Made by a program: the position numbers and the translations under genes. Source: Oopsacas minuta (lineage: Eukaryota; Animalia; Porifera). Taken from it: a DNA stretch of 64,000 nucleotides. Positions 12,150 to 25,202 of this stretch are shown here, in pieces. The stretch's first letter is position 1. Each line of letters opens with the position of its first letter. The DNA is taken from NCBI GenBank assembly GCA_024704765.1, contig JAKMXF010000303.1, forward strand, positions 123,791 through 187,790, in the 5' to 3' direction. The notes under the pieces are model-generated. The model saw nothing but the letters and a program-made list of their open reading frames with translations, had not been told where the DNA came from and searched no databases.

Positions 12150-13628
12150 TATATCTAGTTAGTCTTACAATCAGACTATTTATATGTATCTTGAATTACT
12201 TTGTTTTCTCTTTAGTCTGTTATGCATTTTCTCAAATATTTATTTACCTCTAATTATTCTTAATTTTGTCTGAATTAACAATTCAGACATTTTATTTCAA
12301 ATCTGACCCTGGGGTCATAATTATGGATTATTGTGATTTGGAAGGATTATTTTGGGAGTTGTTATCCATTTTATACGCCCAAAGTGATCAGCATCTCTAT
12401 TCTGACAACTACTTTCACTCCAATCTATATTTTACTGTGCCCACTATGCTATACTATAATGGCCAGTATTGAAATCACTAACTATATTATTCAATCTCAA
12501 ATTTTGTATGTTGTCGACTTATGGTATGTCATTCTGAACTGGAGATACCATGGATGACATTTTTATGAATATCCAATTAGAATTCTATAATCTTGAAAAG
12601 TTATGGCCAAATCAGAATAGCCTATTTGTGTTAATATCCAACTTCCCATACCATTATAATACATTTTGATGTGATATCATTGAATATTATTGAGTAATGT
12701 TAAAAATTACCAAATATGGGCAAAGTTTACGTCGAATTGGTATCTGTGTATTATACTCAGTATCACTGTGCTTGTGTTGACCCTGCAATACAATAGATTG
12801 ACCACATTTGTATCCTGGCTTAGTAGAAGTGGACTGTTCTATGTTACAGAGTACTAACAGTAGAATTCGGATAAGACGTACTCTCGGTTGATACGTAGTT
12901 CATACTTCTTTCGAACCAATTTGTAGTTCCTTTTCATTAATATACAATCTCTATTCGGATGACGGGATAAGGCTTAGGCTCGGAAAGTACGTACTTTTTT
13001 ATTTTCCCAAGGGTAGGTCTCATCCGAATTCCTCTGTAATTCAATGCTTATCATTATACTTATACGTACTCATTTCTATAAATATCACTCGGATTTGGTT
13101 CGCGATACATTTTGAAAATACAGTCGAACCTCCAAGATCTGGGCATTATTTTTCCTAAATATTCGAAATGTATTTGAACATTTTCAACTAATTTCCTTAT
13201 AATAGAGTTGTCTTCAGTTTTACTACACATGTCAACACGTTTCTTAGTAACTACCAGGGTTTCATACAGGACTTTTTTGTTAGGGGGGGGGGGGGAAAGA
13301 TTGATCACACCCTATAAATAACACACTTTCCCAAGTAAATAGTATCATGTATATTATTACTGATGTCATAATAATTAATAATCAATATTTAATTCTGGGG
13401 GGGGAATCCCATTATGAAACCCTGACTACAACCTTTAAACTCATCTAGAATCGCCAATTCTAATGCATCAAAATATTTCATATATACAGTAGAGTAGAGT
13501 CTCGTTAATACGTACACCAGGACACTGACAAAATTCGATGCATACAAATTGGATCATAATTGCATCACAAACATATCTCTTTTTGAAGGTTTGGATCGAG
13601 ATTAGTTTATTTGTTCCTCACCTGTGAT

Positions 13629-13811
13629 CAGGGAGTTGTATAGCTCATTCGGGGCACGCTCCTGGTGCTCCTCCTCTCAAATTTCATACGCCTAAATCAG
13701 TAAATTAGTGTTACGGTATAGGGAAAGATCCTCAATTTTCACGCTCCTAAATACAATTTCATAAAAATCATGAGCCTAGAAGAGCGTTCGGCGCTCCTAA
13801 ATAATTCCTTG
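13629..13811. mobile_element. hAT-type MITE
   Basis: Ends CAGGGAGTT / AATTCCTTG with a perfect 8-bp TSD CCTGTGAT (13621-13628, 13812-13819). Confidence 0.85.
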
Positions 13812-14759
13812 CCTGTGATGCAGTAATTTCTATCTGTTCATCATTAGTGAGTTGTGTTAGGAATTTGCTAAGCAGGCCACTCACTCACTGGCATACTAGT
13901 AATTGATACATACCTTCATCTAGTGATAATTATGGGTTTAATTATGTGTAGTAATTACTTGTCCTTCTCATATCATATATCAGGTATTAAATTAAAACAA
14001 AATTCAACTACGTATTATTATTATAGTTATGCTCGGAAGCTGAATCGAATATAGGTAAACCTCCGAAAACCATATCTCCTAAATGCTCATACCCCCCAGA
14101 TTCTGCACATTCCTATCCACTGAGTGATATTCCTATGTTAATAAAACTACGTACGGAATCTCTGAAATGCTACAACCTCGAAATTTGGCACAAGCGGTTA
14201 TTCCTAATCATGCCGCTTCTCGGAGGTTTACTTGTAGTATTATCAGGGCAGCCACATGGCCACAGTCTTGTAAAATATATTGAGCCCGGTGTAAGTTCCA
14301 TTTGCAAAGAGCTATCCACTAACTAAATATAGCAGGTGTGATATTGTGGAATATTATACGTATATCTAGGAATAATTGTAACTTCGAAATCTTCACAATT
14401 TCCTCAGGAAATGTTCACCTATCAGATTTGAGAGTTTATAAAGTATTGGCATATTGAGTTCCATAAATTTAGTCTGTGGTAATTGCACACTAGAATCTTA
14501 AATACAAACAGTACGAAAGTACGGTATCCATTGTCAGTGATCATTCAATACTTATTTATACCAGGGATACAGAGTTATTTGTTACAGTCCAGAGATAGAA
14601 TATTTTAATTAATAATTTGTGCAATGCATTAAAACTTTTTATGTTATTTGGATCAAATCATACTAAATTATTACACTACTAAAATAGCTGTAAAACCAAT
14701 ATACACACCAATAGAACTATTTACTCAGTAATTTGTGTCAATATCGCAAAATTATTAAC

Positions 14760-17700
14760 CTAATCATTAAATTTTGATTCTAGCTCATGGTTTCTTAATG
14801 CTAGGTCACGAATTTCTTCAGAATTTCGCTCTAAAATTTCCATTAGCGACTGCTTATTGAGTTGTAGAGAACTTATCGTATCTTTCAAATTCGATAATTC
14901 TTTCTGATGTGAATTTGATTTTTTTCTAGAATCTTCTATATTATCTACTTTGCTTTTCAGTAAACTTTCCACTGATTTTTTAGAAATGTTTAGATCAGCT
15001 ATTTCATTCTCCAGATCTCTGTTCCTGTCTTCTAATATACTCAACTCTTTCATTAGTGTAGAGTTCTTGGTTGCAAGGTTTTGTACATCAGATAATGTCT
15101 TGTTGAATACTTCCTTATTACCGGACGTATTAGTTCTGAAATCTTCAAGTTCCATTTTCATATTGTGGTTCAGTGCTAATGTGATTTCATATTTCTGTTT
15201 GATATTTGTCAATTCTTGTAAAACAGATTGTGTGTATTCAGGTAAGTCTTCTATCTCCGTGAAATCTGACCGTGACTGAGAAGATACTACTGACGTACTC
15301 AGGAAGCTGCTAGGAGGATCTTCTACTTGAGGCAGGGGGGTGTCCTCATCTCTTAATTCATCACTCAAAATATTCTCTCGGAACTGTATTTGCATCCCAT
15401 CTTCTGGAAGCAATTGTATCTGTTTGCTTTCTATGATTGACAGCTTGTAATCCGGAGACCTTATGAGTTGCATAGCTTCTATCCCGATTAGAATATCACT
15501 ATCTGAAGAGTCAGGCAGTTCAGCTAGCGTTATGTTAAGATCCTGTAATGTTAGAGATATAGGTATAGTAGTAGAAGAAGCTTTTACGTCATCCTTGATT
15601 ACACCTTTTATGTCTTTGAGATGTGCTGCATAAATCGTGCCACACAGTCCTTTAACACGAGCATCTACAGACAGAGAAGGAGGAGGGGAGTACTTAGAAT
15701 ATTTCTCTTCAACATGATTACCAAGCTCTGCTATGAATTTAATAACGGGCTCATCTCTAGCCTCATATGGTGGAAAGTTCTTGAGATATTTAGCATACTT
15801 CCTAGGAGCATTACAATGATCTACAAACTCTTCTACTTTTATTGGTTCCTCTGCGAAGCTTAATTTCGTGATAGCTCCTTTAACCTTGAGCTTCTCTCCT
15901 ACTACCTCTGCAATAATAAATATATTATTTAAATGTACTCTGAATATGTGAGTTAATACGTCATATTTCTCAAGCACCTGCCCATTAGATATGACGTCAT
16001 TTTCTCCTTCGTTGACTGAGGTTAGTACATCTACTGCTGACATTAATCTTGGTTTAATTGCCTGTCTAATTACAGACATATTATGGTGTTCTATTGATAC
16101 TCCTATTTTCTGACTAAAAGATGCGAAAAATGACTGATTATGGAAATCTGGTTTCAGTAGTTGTAGTTGGTCGATGGTAACTGCGTCTGTTTCAAACACA
16201 TTCATCTGAGAAGATGTCATGCTAATACGGTCACGATCTATGTGCACGTCACTGCCCTCTGAGGAGATGCTAGAAGTTAAAGCAGACTGATCGTCTTGTA
16301 AGTCCTCGTCTACAGAGTGGAGACCAGATCTGGAGGACATTGGTCCTATGTCTTCATGGTTAGAGAGAGATGAGTGACTTAACCTAAATGCTGGGTCAGG
16401 GATATGCACTTCAGTTTGTGTGCCTACACTTTTCTGTAGATCAATAGGTAGCTGTAGACTGACACACACCTTATCTACCCCTACTATACCCGAGATCTTG
16501 AGGAGAGGGGACGTGCTCTCCTCTGCTCCTCTCTCATTTATTTCGTCCTTATTGAATCTGTCCATCTTCCTAATCTCACTCTGCACGTCTGTTTTCAATG
16601 CATCTATCGTGTCTTTGAGTCTCATTATACTCAGAAATACTACCTGCTTAAGAACAACATCTACAACATCAGGTAGAGATACGATAAAGTATATCATAGG
16701 ATTATCATTCAGTTGAGATTCCTGATCTGACAGATGTTTGGCTAACTCAGCTAACTGTTTGAGATGGGAAATAATGTTAGTAGCTAGCCATACTTGTATA
16801 GTTATAGGTTCCATGAACTCATCAGGCCGCATTACTCCCTCCTCAGTCAAAGACTGTACTAAGCTGAGAGAGAAGTGTCTCAGATCGATTTGCCAGAGTT
16901 GACTTTTCCTCATCTTCTCCAACTCTCCGAACTTACTCTTCACATTAGACTCCTTCTGATTCAGGAGTGTGTATAGATCTCTAAGGATAGAAGGCTTGAT
17001 AGACAGGTCCTCTTTGGAGTGAGGATACTCACTGGAGCACTTAAAAAACCAGGTGCTTTGTAGCCGTTTAAGGAACTTTACTAGATCATCACAAGAGTTA
17101 ATCAGCTCAGCTGCTGTGCGATTCTTTAGAACGATCTCTGAGATGTCCAGCTGAACTGCTACTGGACGATCTTTAGTATTCTTTATTTCAGGAGGGTAGG
17201 CAATAGGTATCGTTACCTAGAGGGAAGCATCATATATTGTGTATTCACTACAGAATAATGCAGATCAATAGTATAGGAAATTAGTAGATAGAAGTGTACT
17301 AATGCAGAATTGTTTTTCTGTTGTATTACACTGCAAAAGTACTCAGCATGTACATTGAAACCGCCACAAACTGGCCTGTGGAAACGGGGAACTTCTGAAA
17401 ACTAAGTGAAAAATAATTGAGCGAATTCATAGTCCCATGATCCATACAAATGAACCTCCACAAACGGAAAACTGGGTAGCATTTTCTGCGTCCCTGACAC
17501 CCCGTTAGTGGAGGCTATACTGTATAAGATAATAATCAATATTTTATACTTGTATAATACCTTTGTCATTAGTGTGCCTACTTGTATATCCATCCCTTTC
17601 AATTGATTTTTGCCAATAAGAGTTAGTTCTCCAATCTTTTGCTACAAGAAATAGTTAGTTTATTAAATACTTCTCGCTTACACAAATAATATATATCAAT

Positions 17701-20700
17701 GGGGGTTTTAATAATTAGACCACCGATGATGTATAAGTAAAACTGTTTTACCTTATTCTGAGATTCTTTATCTCCCTCTTCCTCTCCAAGCTTGAGAGTT
17801 ACAGCCATCTTGACAACAAACTTTATGAACCATAGGAATGTTTCTTGATAGAATGTAACTTGTACTGGATTGATGCATACATAGAAGTTGGGACGTGGAA
17901 CTAAAGCAGATAAGTTAGATTACTAAATCTCCTTTTCGGTACCATAAGGGGAAATTCACAGATCCAGATTAGCTCGGTATCCATACTTGCCAACCGTCCA
18001 TGAAGTTAGCAAGTATGATTACTGACCTAATCTGAATCATGGATTATTCCGGGATTCTACAGGAAATACAGGAAATACAGGAAAGAATTTGAGAATCCAT
18101 GCAAACATTTGCAAAATATTTGTGGCTTTTTCCAAATAAGCCTGAAATTGCTATTTATGGATAAAAACTTTCGAAAATTCTGGGAAAATATTATAAATAT
18201 GGGTATTACTATTGTGTACTATTTGTAATCTGCTGGTTGTAAATCTAACAAAATATACATGCAGACCATACTACCTCGAATATCCTTGTGTTAACTTATT
18301 AAGGAATTAAGTACTATCCTATATCATACTTACTCATGTAATGCTCTGAAGCTACAGCAGGGTAGAAGTAAGCAGTGAAATCTATCCAGATAGTAGGTGC
18401 GTCATGACCGAATTTATAGCTCCCTTTATCAGATGCTATGAATGGTCTTTGTTTTTCAGTTGTAGCTCCAGTAGTTACTGGAGATATACTAAAATCGAAA
18501 CAGCGGAAGCATATCACACTCTCTCTCAGTTTGTCAAGACTAACGCCCATTAAGGTACAGTTACCACCCTTCTGAACACGAGACACTTTCTTCTGTGTGT
18601 CTCTGAGTAATCCCATCCCCCAATCCGTCCTGTCTTGGAATTTATAATCATAATTAGCCCAGTGGTGTCTCTGTGTACCAGCCTTCTGATCAGGATATAT
18701 ATCTAATCCTATCCCTGAGAACTGCATGTGTGTAGACTCTATACCCAGTCCTGAAGAGGGTAGCTGACAACACAGATGTACATCTAGCTTCTGTACACGG
18801 AAATGTATTGACGTCTGTACTATCAAACCGGGAGGAATACGCTTCCTTCCCAGCTGATAGGCTTCTATATTCTCATCCTCGTGTATGAGGGTAGACTGGA
18901 AATGCATTACACTGGCAGATATGTCAACCTATTAGATAATTACGTATAAGTTATTAGAGTTTAAGATACAGTAAAACTCCCGTTATATCGAACACGGATA
19001 TGTCGAAATACCCTCTTATAATGGAGTCACAAATTGTACAAATATGGTCCCAAACAAGTAATATCAAAGTAACATAAATTTTATCGGTTGTATCGAAGGA
19101 ATGATCGCAATTCCTTGAGCTTCGATATAATGAGAGTTGACTGTAATAATATATATAACTAGCCTTTCCTTCTTCATCTTTCTGTATGAAATTATGCGAT
19201 ATTCCCGTACTAGTTTTCTTTGTAAGGAGTTTATGAGACTGAGGAGGAGTGTCTGGTGTTTGTCTTTTTTTGAGTTTTGATAAACCCTGTGCACCCTTAG
19301 CCTCTGGCTCTCTAGAGGCGGCTTGTCTAGCGGGAGAGGATACGGTCGGGGACTTGAGAGTAGCTTGTTTTTGCTCCATTATTTTAGCTAGGTCATGTAG
19401 CTGTTTTAAATGTTGGAAAAAATTCGATGCCTCTTTTAGCTCTGAGTCGTTGAGTATAAAAGAGAGGACTCCCAGCTGTATTATGAACTTACTGCACATG
19501 TGTGAGCAGTCAGCTAGCTTCTTCTTCAATGAGAAGTTAACGAATGAATTGTCACAATTCAATCGTATTGACTGATTCGTGACGTCATTTTGACTAGCAG
19601 CCAGGACCGTCGATGTTGCTTTTGCCTACATTGTATATATGCTTTCAAAGCTTACTATATATCAAAGAATTCTTCTTACTTGAAAGCAGATGAATGACAG
19701 CTGTCTAAATACAGTGACAGACTGGTCAGAAGTATTGACAGGTCTGCTTTTGACAAGATTATCCATACAGTTGTTGAACTCATGGTCTGTACATTTGAGT
19801 GTGATACCAGACACAAATAAATCAGCTTTAAATTGTGTAGAAGTGAACTCTATGTTGAGAGCTTCTATTTCAATGAACATACTATCGAGTACTTTCTCGG
19901 TAAGACCATACTTAGATCTGTAAGAAGAATATATAACCTCATGCCAGTGCTCCATTTAGGTTGTAGATGCATCAAATCGGCGCACCCAAGAAGCTTATAA
20001 AGGCCTGTGTTTCATACACCCTCCCATTATTTTCTAAAAGTTATGCACCCCCTGGGTGCGTGCTGAGCACCCAAATGAAGGCCGAGTCTCATACGTAATA
20101 GAAATACCATTGTGTGTCAGTGTGTGGGTATTATTAGGGGTACAGTATAACTCGGATAAGACATACTTCTTCCATTCATTTTAATACAATCCTATTTGGA
20201 TTTGTAAACTTGGATAGACTTGATAGTACGTATGTACTTATTTTTATTTCTCCCAAGAAGTATGAGTTATACTGTATGAAACTTCTAAGGTAGTCAGGAC
20301 CAGGAGCAGGCAATCTAGTCTGCTATCATAAAATATTACTTATAATCATAGCTATGTTATAACTTATTATTAATCTTAAGAATATAGTGCTGCATCCCTC
20401 TGCGCAGATTACACAACACAACCTCACTAATCCATTTAACTGGCTTGTAAATCATACATTAACATCATAATTACATTAATTTAATATGTACTATTGTATA
20501 GGAGATTTACTATTAAATTATTAGCAACTTTAGATAATCCATAATTTATAGTAATTATTTATTCCTTATTTGTATAAAATTACAATTATTACTAAAGAAT
20601 AATATACAGCTAGCTATGTGTAATATATTGCTGGAAATGGAATTATTATCCTAAGAATTAAGGCTTCATTATGTCTCAAATAGGATTCACGAAATTTGAG

Positions 20701-23700
20701 TTGAGTTTAGATCATTTCATACAATCGCCGTATAATAGCAATAGTATATATTTAATGGAGTATTGTATGTGGTGTTAAATTAGTAGAATTGTGGAGGTGA
20801 ATTCTGCTGTGGAAGTACTGAAGTAGGCATTGCTTAGGTAAACAGACCTACGAACTGAGTTACCATATTTAGTATAAGAATAGCCCGTTTCCATAACATA
20901 AGTTATTCTGGAAGCACATTATTTGATACATTCTACAAAATAGGATGCTATTAGTATATTATATATCATGCTGGCAGTATAACTGAGTGTATCACAAAAG
21001 TTGATAATAGCTTGGCTGGTAGGATATTAAATCTCCGTAAATACTTGTAGACTGTTATTGTAAAATTTTGAAATCGGTGCAATTGTCTACATCACTCAGA
21101 TTCACTATAGATCTGTTGAATAAGCTGATTATAAAAGTACTGAATGCATCCAGAGGTTCATGCATAATTCGAATGATGCATGATCCTCTCAATGACGTAC
21201 GCATAATATTTAGAGTTTAACTGTGACCAAAATATATTCGAAGCCAGAAATCAAAATATATCGTAGCCAGAATTTTTTCATAATTTTTTCCTGAATTAAT
21301 GTAGAATACATGGAAGGAGCGTTAGGAGCGCACTCCCTCAAACTCGATACTCCGAATAGTATGATACATACATATAATTATATTTTTATGTTTAAATTAG
21401 ATAAATGGCAGGAGTATTCGGAAGAGGAGCCCCACCCAAAATAGGAACATCTGCTCCCAAGTGTCCCACCTGTACCAAGTCAGTATATCATGCAGAACAA
21501 GTCATCGCTCTAGGCAAATCATTTCATAAGATGTGTTTGAAATGCACCTCCTGTAACAAGCTGCTTGACACAGGAACTGTCGTAGAACACGATGAGAAGC
21601 CTTTCTGTCGTGCGTGTCACCAGAAGAACTTTGGTACAAAAGGCTACGGCTTTGGTGTAGGCATTGGTACTCTTCAGTCTGATTACAATACTGAGACTAA
21701 TGCTGATGCTATCAATTCTTCCGGACAGAGTTCAGGAGCTCCCAAAGCACCTCCTAAAGCTGCATTCACTCCAAACCCAGAACACTCTAAGGTGCTCACT
21801 ATAGGAGGTGTCCCTAGGTGTCCTATCTGCAACAAGTCAGTGTATCATGCAGAAGAGATTGTAGCATTGAATAAGTCCTGGCATAAAGCTTGTCTTAGGT
21901 GTGAGAGCTGTCATAAAACGCTGTTTCGTGGAGATGTTCAGGATCATGAAAATAAACCATATTGTAAGAGTTGCTATGCAAAGAACTTTGCTACAGCTGG
22001 GTATGGATACGGTGTGGGGGCGGGTACACTGTCCAGCACTCAGGAGCCTGTAAAAACCGACAAGTCTACCTATCCTTATGTATAGTCGTTTCTTATATAT
22101 ATATATCCTCACTCCATATAATGCTCCTTATTACAGGAGTTTAGTATTTGACTACTAACCTACTTTTCTATATTCTTGTTACTAAGTAGTAAATTGCTGG
22201 TAATTATTCATTGTAACTAGATTTACTATATACTGTATCTTCTAGTAATTTATAATTATATAATACGAGCCGCTTCGCTTGCTCGCACTGCGCGGCATTT
22301 AGTGTTCGCATGGGGCTCGGTACTTCGTACTTCGAATTTAGAAAAATGTAAAATAGCAAAATTTAATTAATGAAGTATTTTTCAACTATTTGTTTACTTT
22401 ATATTCATAAACAACAATAAATTTACATATGAGAAACTTAAAATGCGAAATTTGGATTGAGTGTAGTACTTTGTTACCCAATTGTAGCTGTTAAGAGCAA
22501 GTCTCTACGTATATTTTAAGATTTCAACTATTTGTTACTTTATATTCATAAAAATCTCTATCACTCTCGGAGTAGGTCTTATCTCAAGTATGTACTATCC
22601 GAGTACTAATGTATTTATTACAGTGCAATCTAGTCAGCTGTAATTTTAATTAATCATACCCAGATGTCTGCTTGCGAGGAGGAACTTCATGTTTCTGTCT
22701 CAACTTCATTTCATCTATCACTGATATCTTAACATCAATAGAATCGATAACCTATAATTAACTCATTTCAATATACAATAGACCCTCCAAGCCTCGGGCA
22801 CGGACGCGCACTAAACCGGGCAACATTTTTTGTATACAAGTATACGTAGATACTTAACCTAAAGCCTAAACTAGTAAAGGTCATTTTCTTATATTAATAT
22901 TCTGAATCCAATTAAATGTTAATACAGGTCATTTTAAGAAAACTTCTTGAAGATCCCTGGCCCAGAATAAGATTTCCCATTGAGAGGCCATTTCTCATAT
23001 AAAATTGCTGAGTGCTAGATGATGTCACCTTCATTATCCTGTTAACTAGTTATATTCTTACAGCTATTTACTCTGTGATAGATATTCATTGATATGACAG
23101 CAATTGTTCCCGCAAAATTGATGTGAGCGGTGGAGCTAAAACAAGCTTCTACTAACAGTGACCTAATGACACAAAATGATATGTCTTATTCCTACACACA
23201 TCTGGTATTAAACACCCTGAGCTAGTCTCATTTGTAGTGTTACATACTCACTATATGTATTGGCTTTGTTTGAATCTTTGTTATGTGAACCTATAAACAT
23301 AATAAATGGATTAATATACGCTATTAATAAATACGGTATTCCCTGAATAAGAGCCAGGGGGGCTTATCCTTTTCGTGGGCATTTTGTCGCATATAATTTT
23401 ACAATTTTTGAAAATACAAATGATTTTGGGAAACTATTTTAATTCTAATTTGTTGGATAGTCAAATGAAGCGTATTTTTCATCAAAAAATTCTTCTAGAT
23501 TCTAGAGGGTGGTGATAAATTTTATTCACCAGTTTGGAACTTTTTTCTCTTGTATCCTGCGCTTATTCAGGGATATACGGTAATTGAAGTATCGTTAAAT
23601 AATAATCGCAAAAAGAAACAACAACAAAATAATTATACTATCTCCTACCTCTACTTTAATATTATCACAGACAATAGAAGATATCTCTAGCCAGAGAGGT

Positions 23701-23930
23701 AGATGAGTTATATCACTGATGTACTCAGCATCTAGCTCTAAGTTCTTCAAAACTCCTATTCCCTTTGAGAGATTCAGATCTATGTCATCTGGAGTTAGAG
23801 TTTTTGTGAATCTAAATTTGTGAAATTTCATATTTAAGTCTACCATACAAGTATTCAGAATGGTATCTGATTATTCGTAACAGTACCTCGCTAGTTTCTT
23901 GAGTATCTGTCTCTTTAGTATACCGGCCAT
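14760..23930 (-). CDS. BLTP3: Bridge-like lipid transfer protein 3 (UHRF1BP1/UHRF1BP1L, SHIP164-like), ~1428 aa, 10 exons
   Basis: Exons: 23930-23887, 23811-23649, 23290-23252, 22751-22660, 19917-19680, 19625-19164, 18895-18334, 17900-17752, 17641-17561, 17216-14760, with consistent phases. The N-terminus MAGILKRQILKKLARFTKTLTPDDIDLNLSKGIGVLKNLELD is a Chorein-N domain matching the BLTP3 start. SKYGLTEKVLDSM, KKKLADC, IYPDQKAG and IDFTAYFYP blocks also match. C-terminal coiled coil. Confidence 0.9.
18969..19143. mobile_element. Pogo/Tigger-like MITE in BLTP3 intron 6
   Basis: TA|CAGTAAAACTCCCGTTATATCGAA ... TTCGATATAATGAGAGTTGACTG|TA. Same family as 61358-61501. Confidence 0.85.
20143..20274. 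mobile_element. Tc1/pogo-type MITE in BLTP3 intron 4
   Basis: TA|CAGTATAACTCGGATAAGAC ... GAGTTATACTG|TA. Confidence 0.75.
21405..22085 (+). CDS. Cysteine- and glycine-rich two-LIM protein (CSRP/CRIP family), 226 aa, intronless, nested antisense in BLTP3 intron 4
   Basis: Two LIM domains (CPTC..FHKMCLKC..C..FCRAC and CPIC..WHKACLRC..C..YCKSC), each followed by a Gly-rich FGxKGYGFG/GYGYG segment typical of CSRP/CRIP. Confidence 0.93.
   Translation: MAGVFGRGAPPKIGTSAPKCPTCTKSVYHAEQVIALGKSFHKMCLKCTSCNKLLDTGTVVEHDEKPFCRACHQKNFGTKGYGFGVGIGTLQSDYNTETNADAINSSGQSSGAPKAPPKAAFTPNPEHSKVLTIGGVPRCPICNKSVYHAEEIVALNKSWHKACLRCESCHKTLFRGDVQDHENKPYCKSCYAKNFATAGYGYGVGAGTLSSTQEPVKTDKSTYPYV
22266..22554 (-). 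mobile_element. Helitron/Helentron-like repeat, second long copy
   Basis: CGAGCCGCTTCGCTTGCTCGCACTGCGCGGC end, with internal blocks homologous to 5808-6174. Confidence 0.55.
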
Positions 23931-24679
23931 CCCTGCCTAATTAATTAAAAAGCTATCTTTGAGCTTTAAACACTTTGGTTCGCATGGAATTATTACGTCA
24001 CTATGACTGTGCAAAAAAATCAAAATTTCAAATTTCTCTCTGCTATTCACACCTTTAAAGATTAAGACACCAAATTTGGCATGTATACTCGTAGTGACAT
24101 ATAGTTGTGCACCTGACATATGAAAAATTTCTAATGTATATATTTTCACACCTTTTGACACCTCTGTATTTTAGCCTAATCAGATTGAAGGGTTTTACGA
24201 TTAGGCATAAATGCATAAAATTAGTTCTGGTGGAGTGTTTGTAATTTAATTAACTCTGTAATATATATGTGTATTTGTATTGATTGTTGTAGACTGCAAT
24301 TCTATTGCTCAATACATTCAATTAAATATATATATATACATATACTGATTTATCATATGATTAATCATATTTTCACACCTTTTGGTGAACATTTCAAAAT
24401 TATCCTAGAGATAAGCTTCCACTTGTTAAATAGGGGTAAACAAGATTAGTAAATTTCGCTAAAATGGATATTTAGTAGAAAAATATAGTTTCAATAATCC
24501 ACTAAAATTGATTTTGGTAAATTTAAGTCGGCACAGGCGGTGATTTGAGATTTTTCCAGGAGGTTTTCGGAGTGGTCTTTTCTGGCAAACACTGCAGATA
24601 GGTAGTACGGATGACTAATTACAACGCAACTGAAGTATTAAAATCGACAAGGAGCCTATGTCTAAGTGTTCGCTGGAAA

Positions 24680-24830
24680 CAGGGCATTAGGATCTTTCGA
24701 TCAAAGATAGTACGATCCGGATCTAGATTCTTTTCGAGGATCGGAGGAGGGTCGTCGATCCATTAGAAAAAGTGGGATCGTGATCGTGGACGGATTGATA
24801 TTTTTCTCGAAGGATCCTGATCCTTTCTAA
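24680..24830. mobile_element. Truncated GATC-rich hAT-type MITE
   Basis: Begins CAGGGCATTAGGATC like 44703-45128 and is dense in GATC motifs. The right TIR was not found. Confidence 0.6.
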
Positions 24831-25118
24831 ATATTCACAAGAGTTCCCTCATCCCAAAATGTTATGATATTTGGTACTTACAACGTTACTTTGCTACTCC
24901 AAGGGTGTTCTTATAAGCGATAACTACTGAATGGAGTAGCATTCAGCCTAATTTATTCAAAGCTATCCAGACTTTTCAACCTCATTTATACGGCACTGGG
25001 ATAATATCATGGGACAATAATCGAGCTTTCGAATCATTCCTACTTCAAGTTCAGACTTGCTCCGGGGACCCACTTAGGCCTATGCGCCTTGCCGAATTAA
25101 ATTATGACACAACTTGTA

Positions 25119-25202
25119 CAGTCAACTCCGCTTAATTGGGACACCGGTTAATCGGGACAAAAGGGCTGGAACCGGTGTGTCCAGATTAACCAGAATTGAC
25201 TG
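25119..25202. mobile_element. Pogo/Tigger-like MITE
   Basis: TA|CAGTCAACTCCGCTTAAT ... ATTAACCAGAATTGACTG|TA. Confidence 0.75.

Noticed and set aside
12266-12557. Two overlapping hydrophobic ORFs downstream of LITAF paralog 2
   Set aside because: They are short, one starts at a non-ATG codon, and I found no family motif or coherent splice path. AT-rich DNA readily yields hydrophobic translations.
14760-16943. 727-aa ORF as a stand-alone gene
   Set aside because: It starts at a GTG inside an exon that is open from 17216. It is the last exon of the 10-exon BLTP3 gene.
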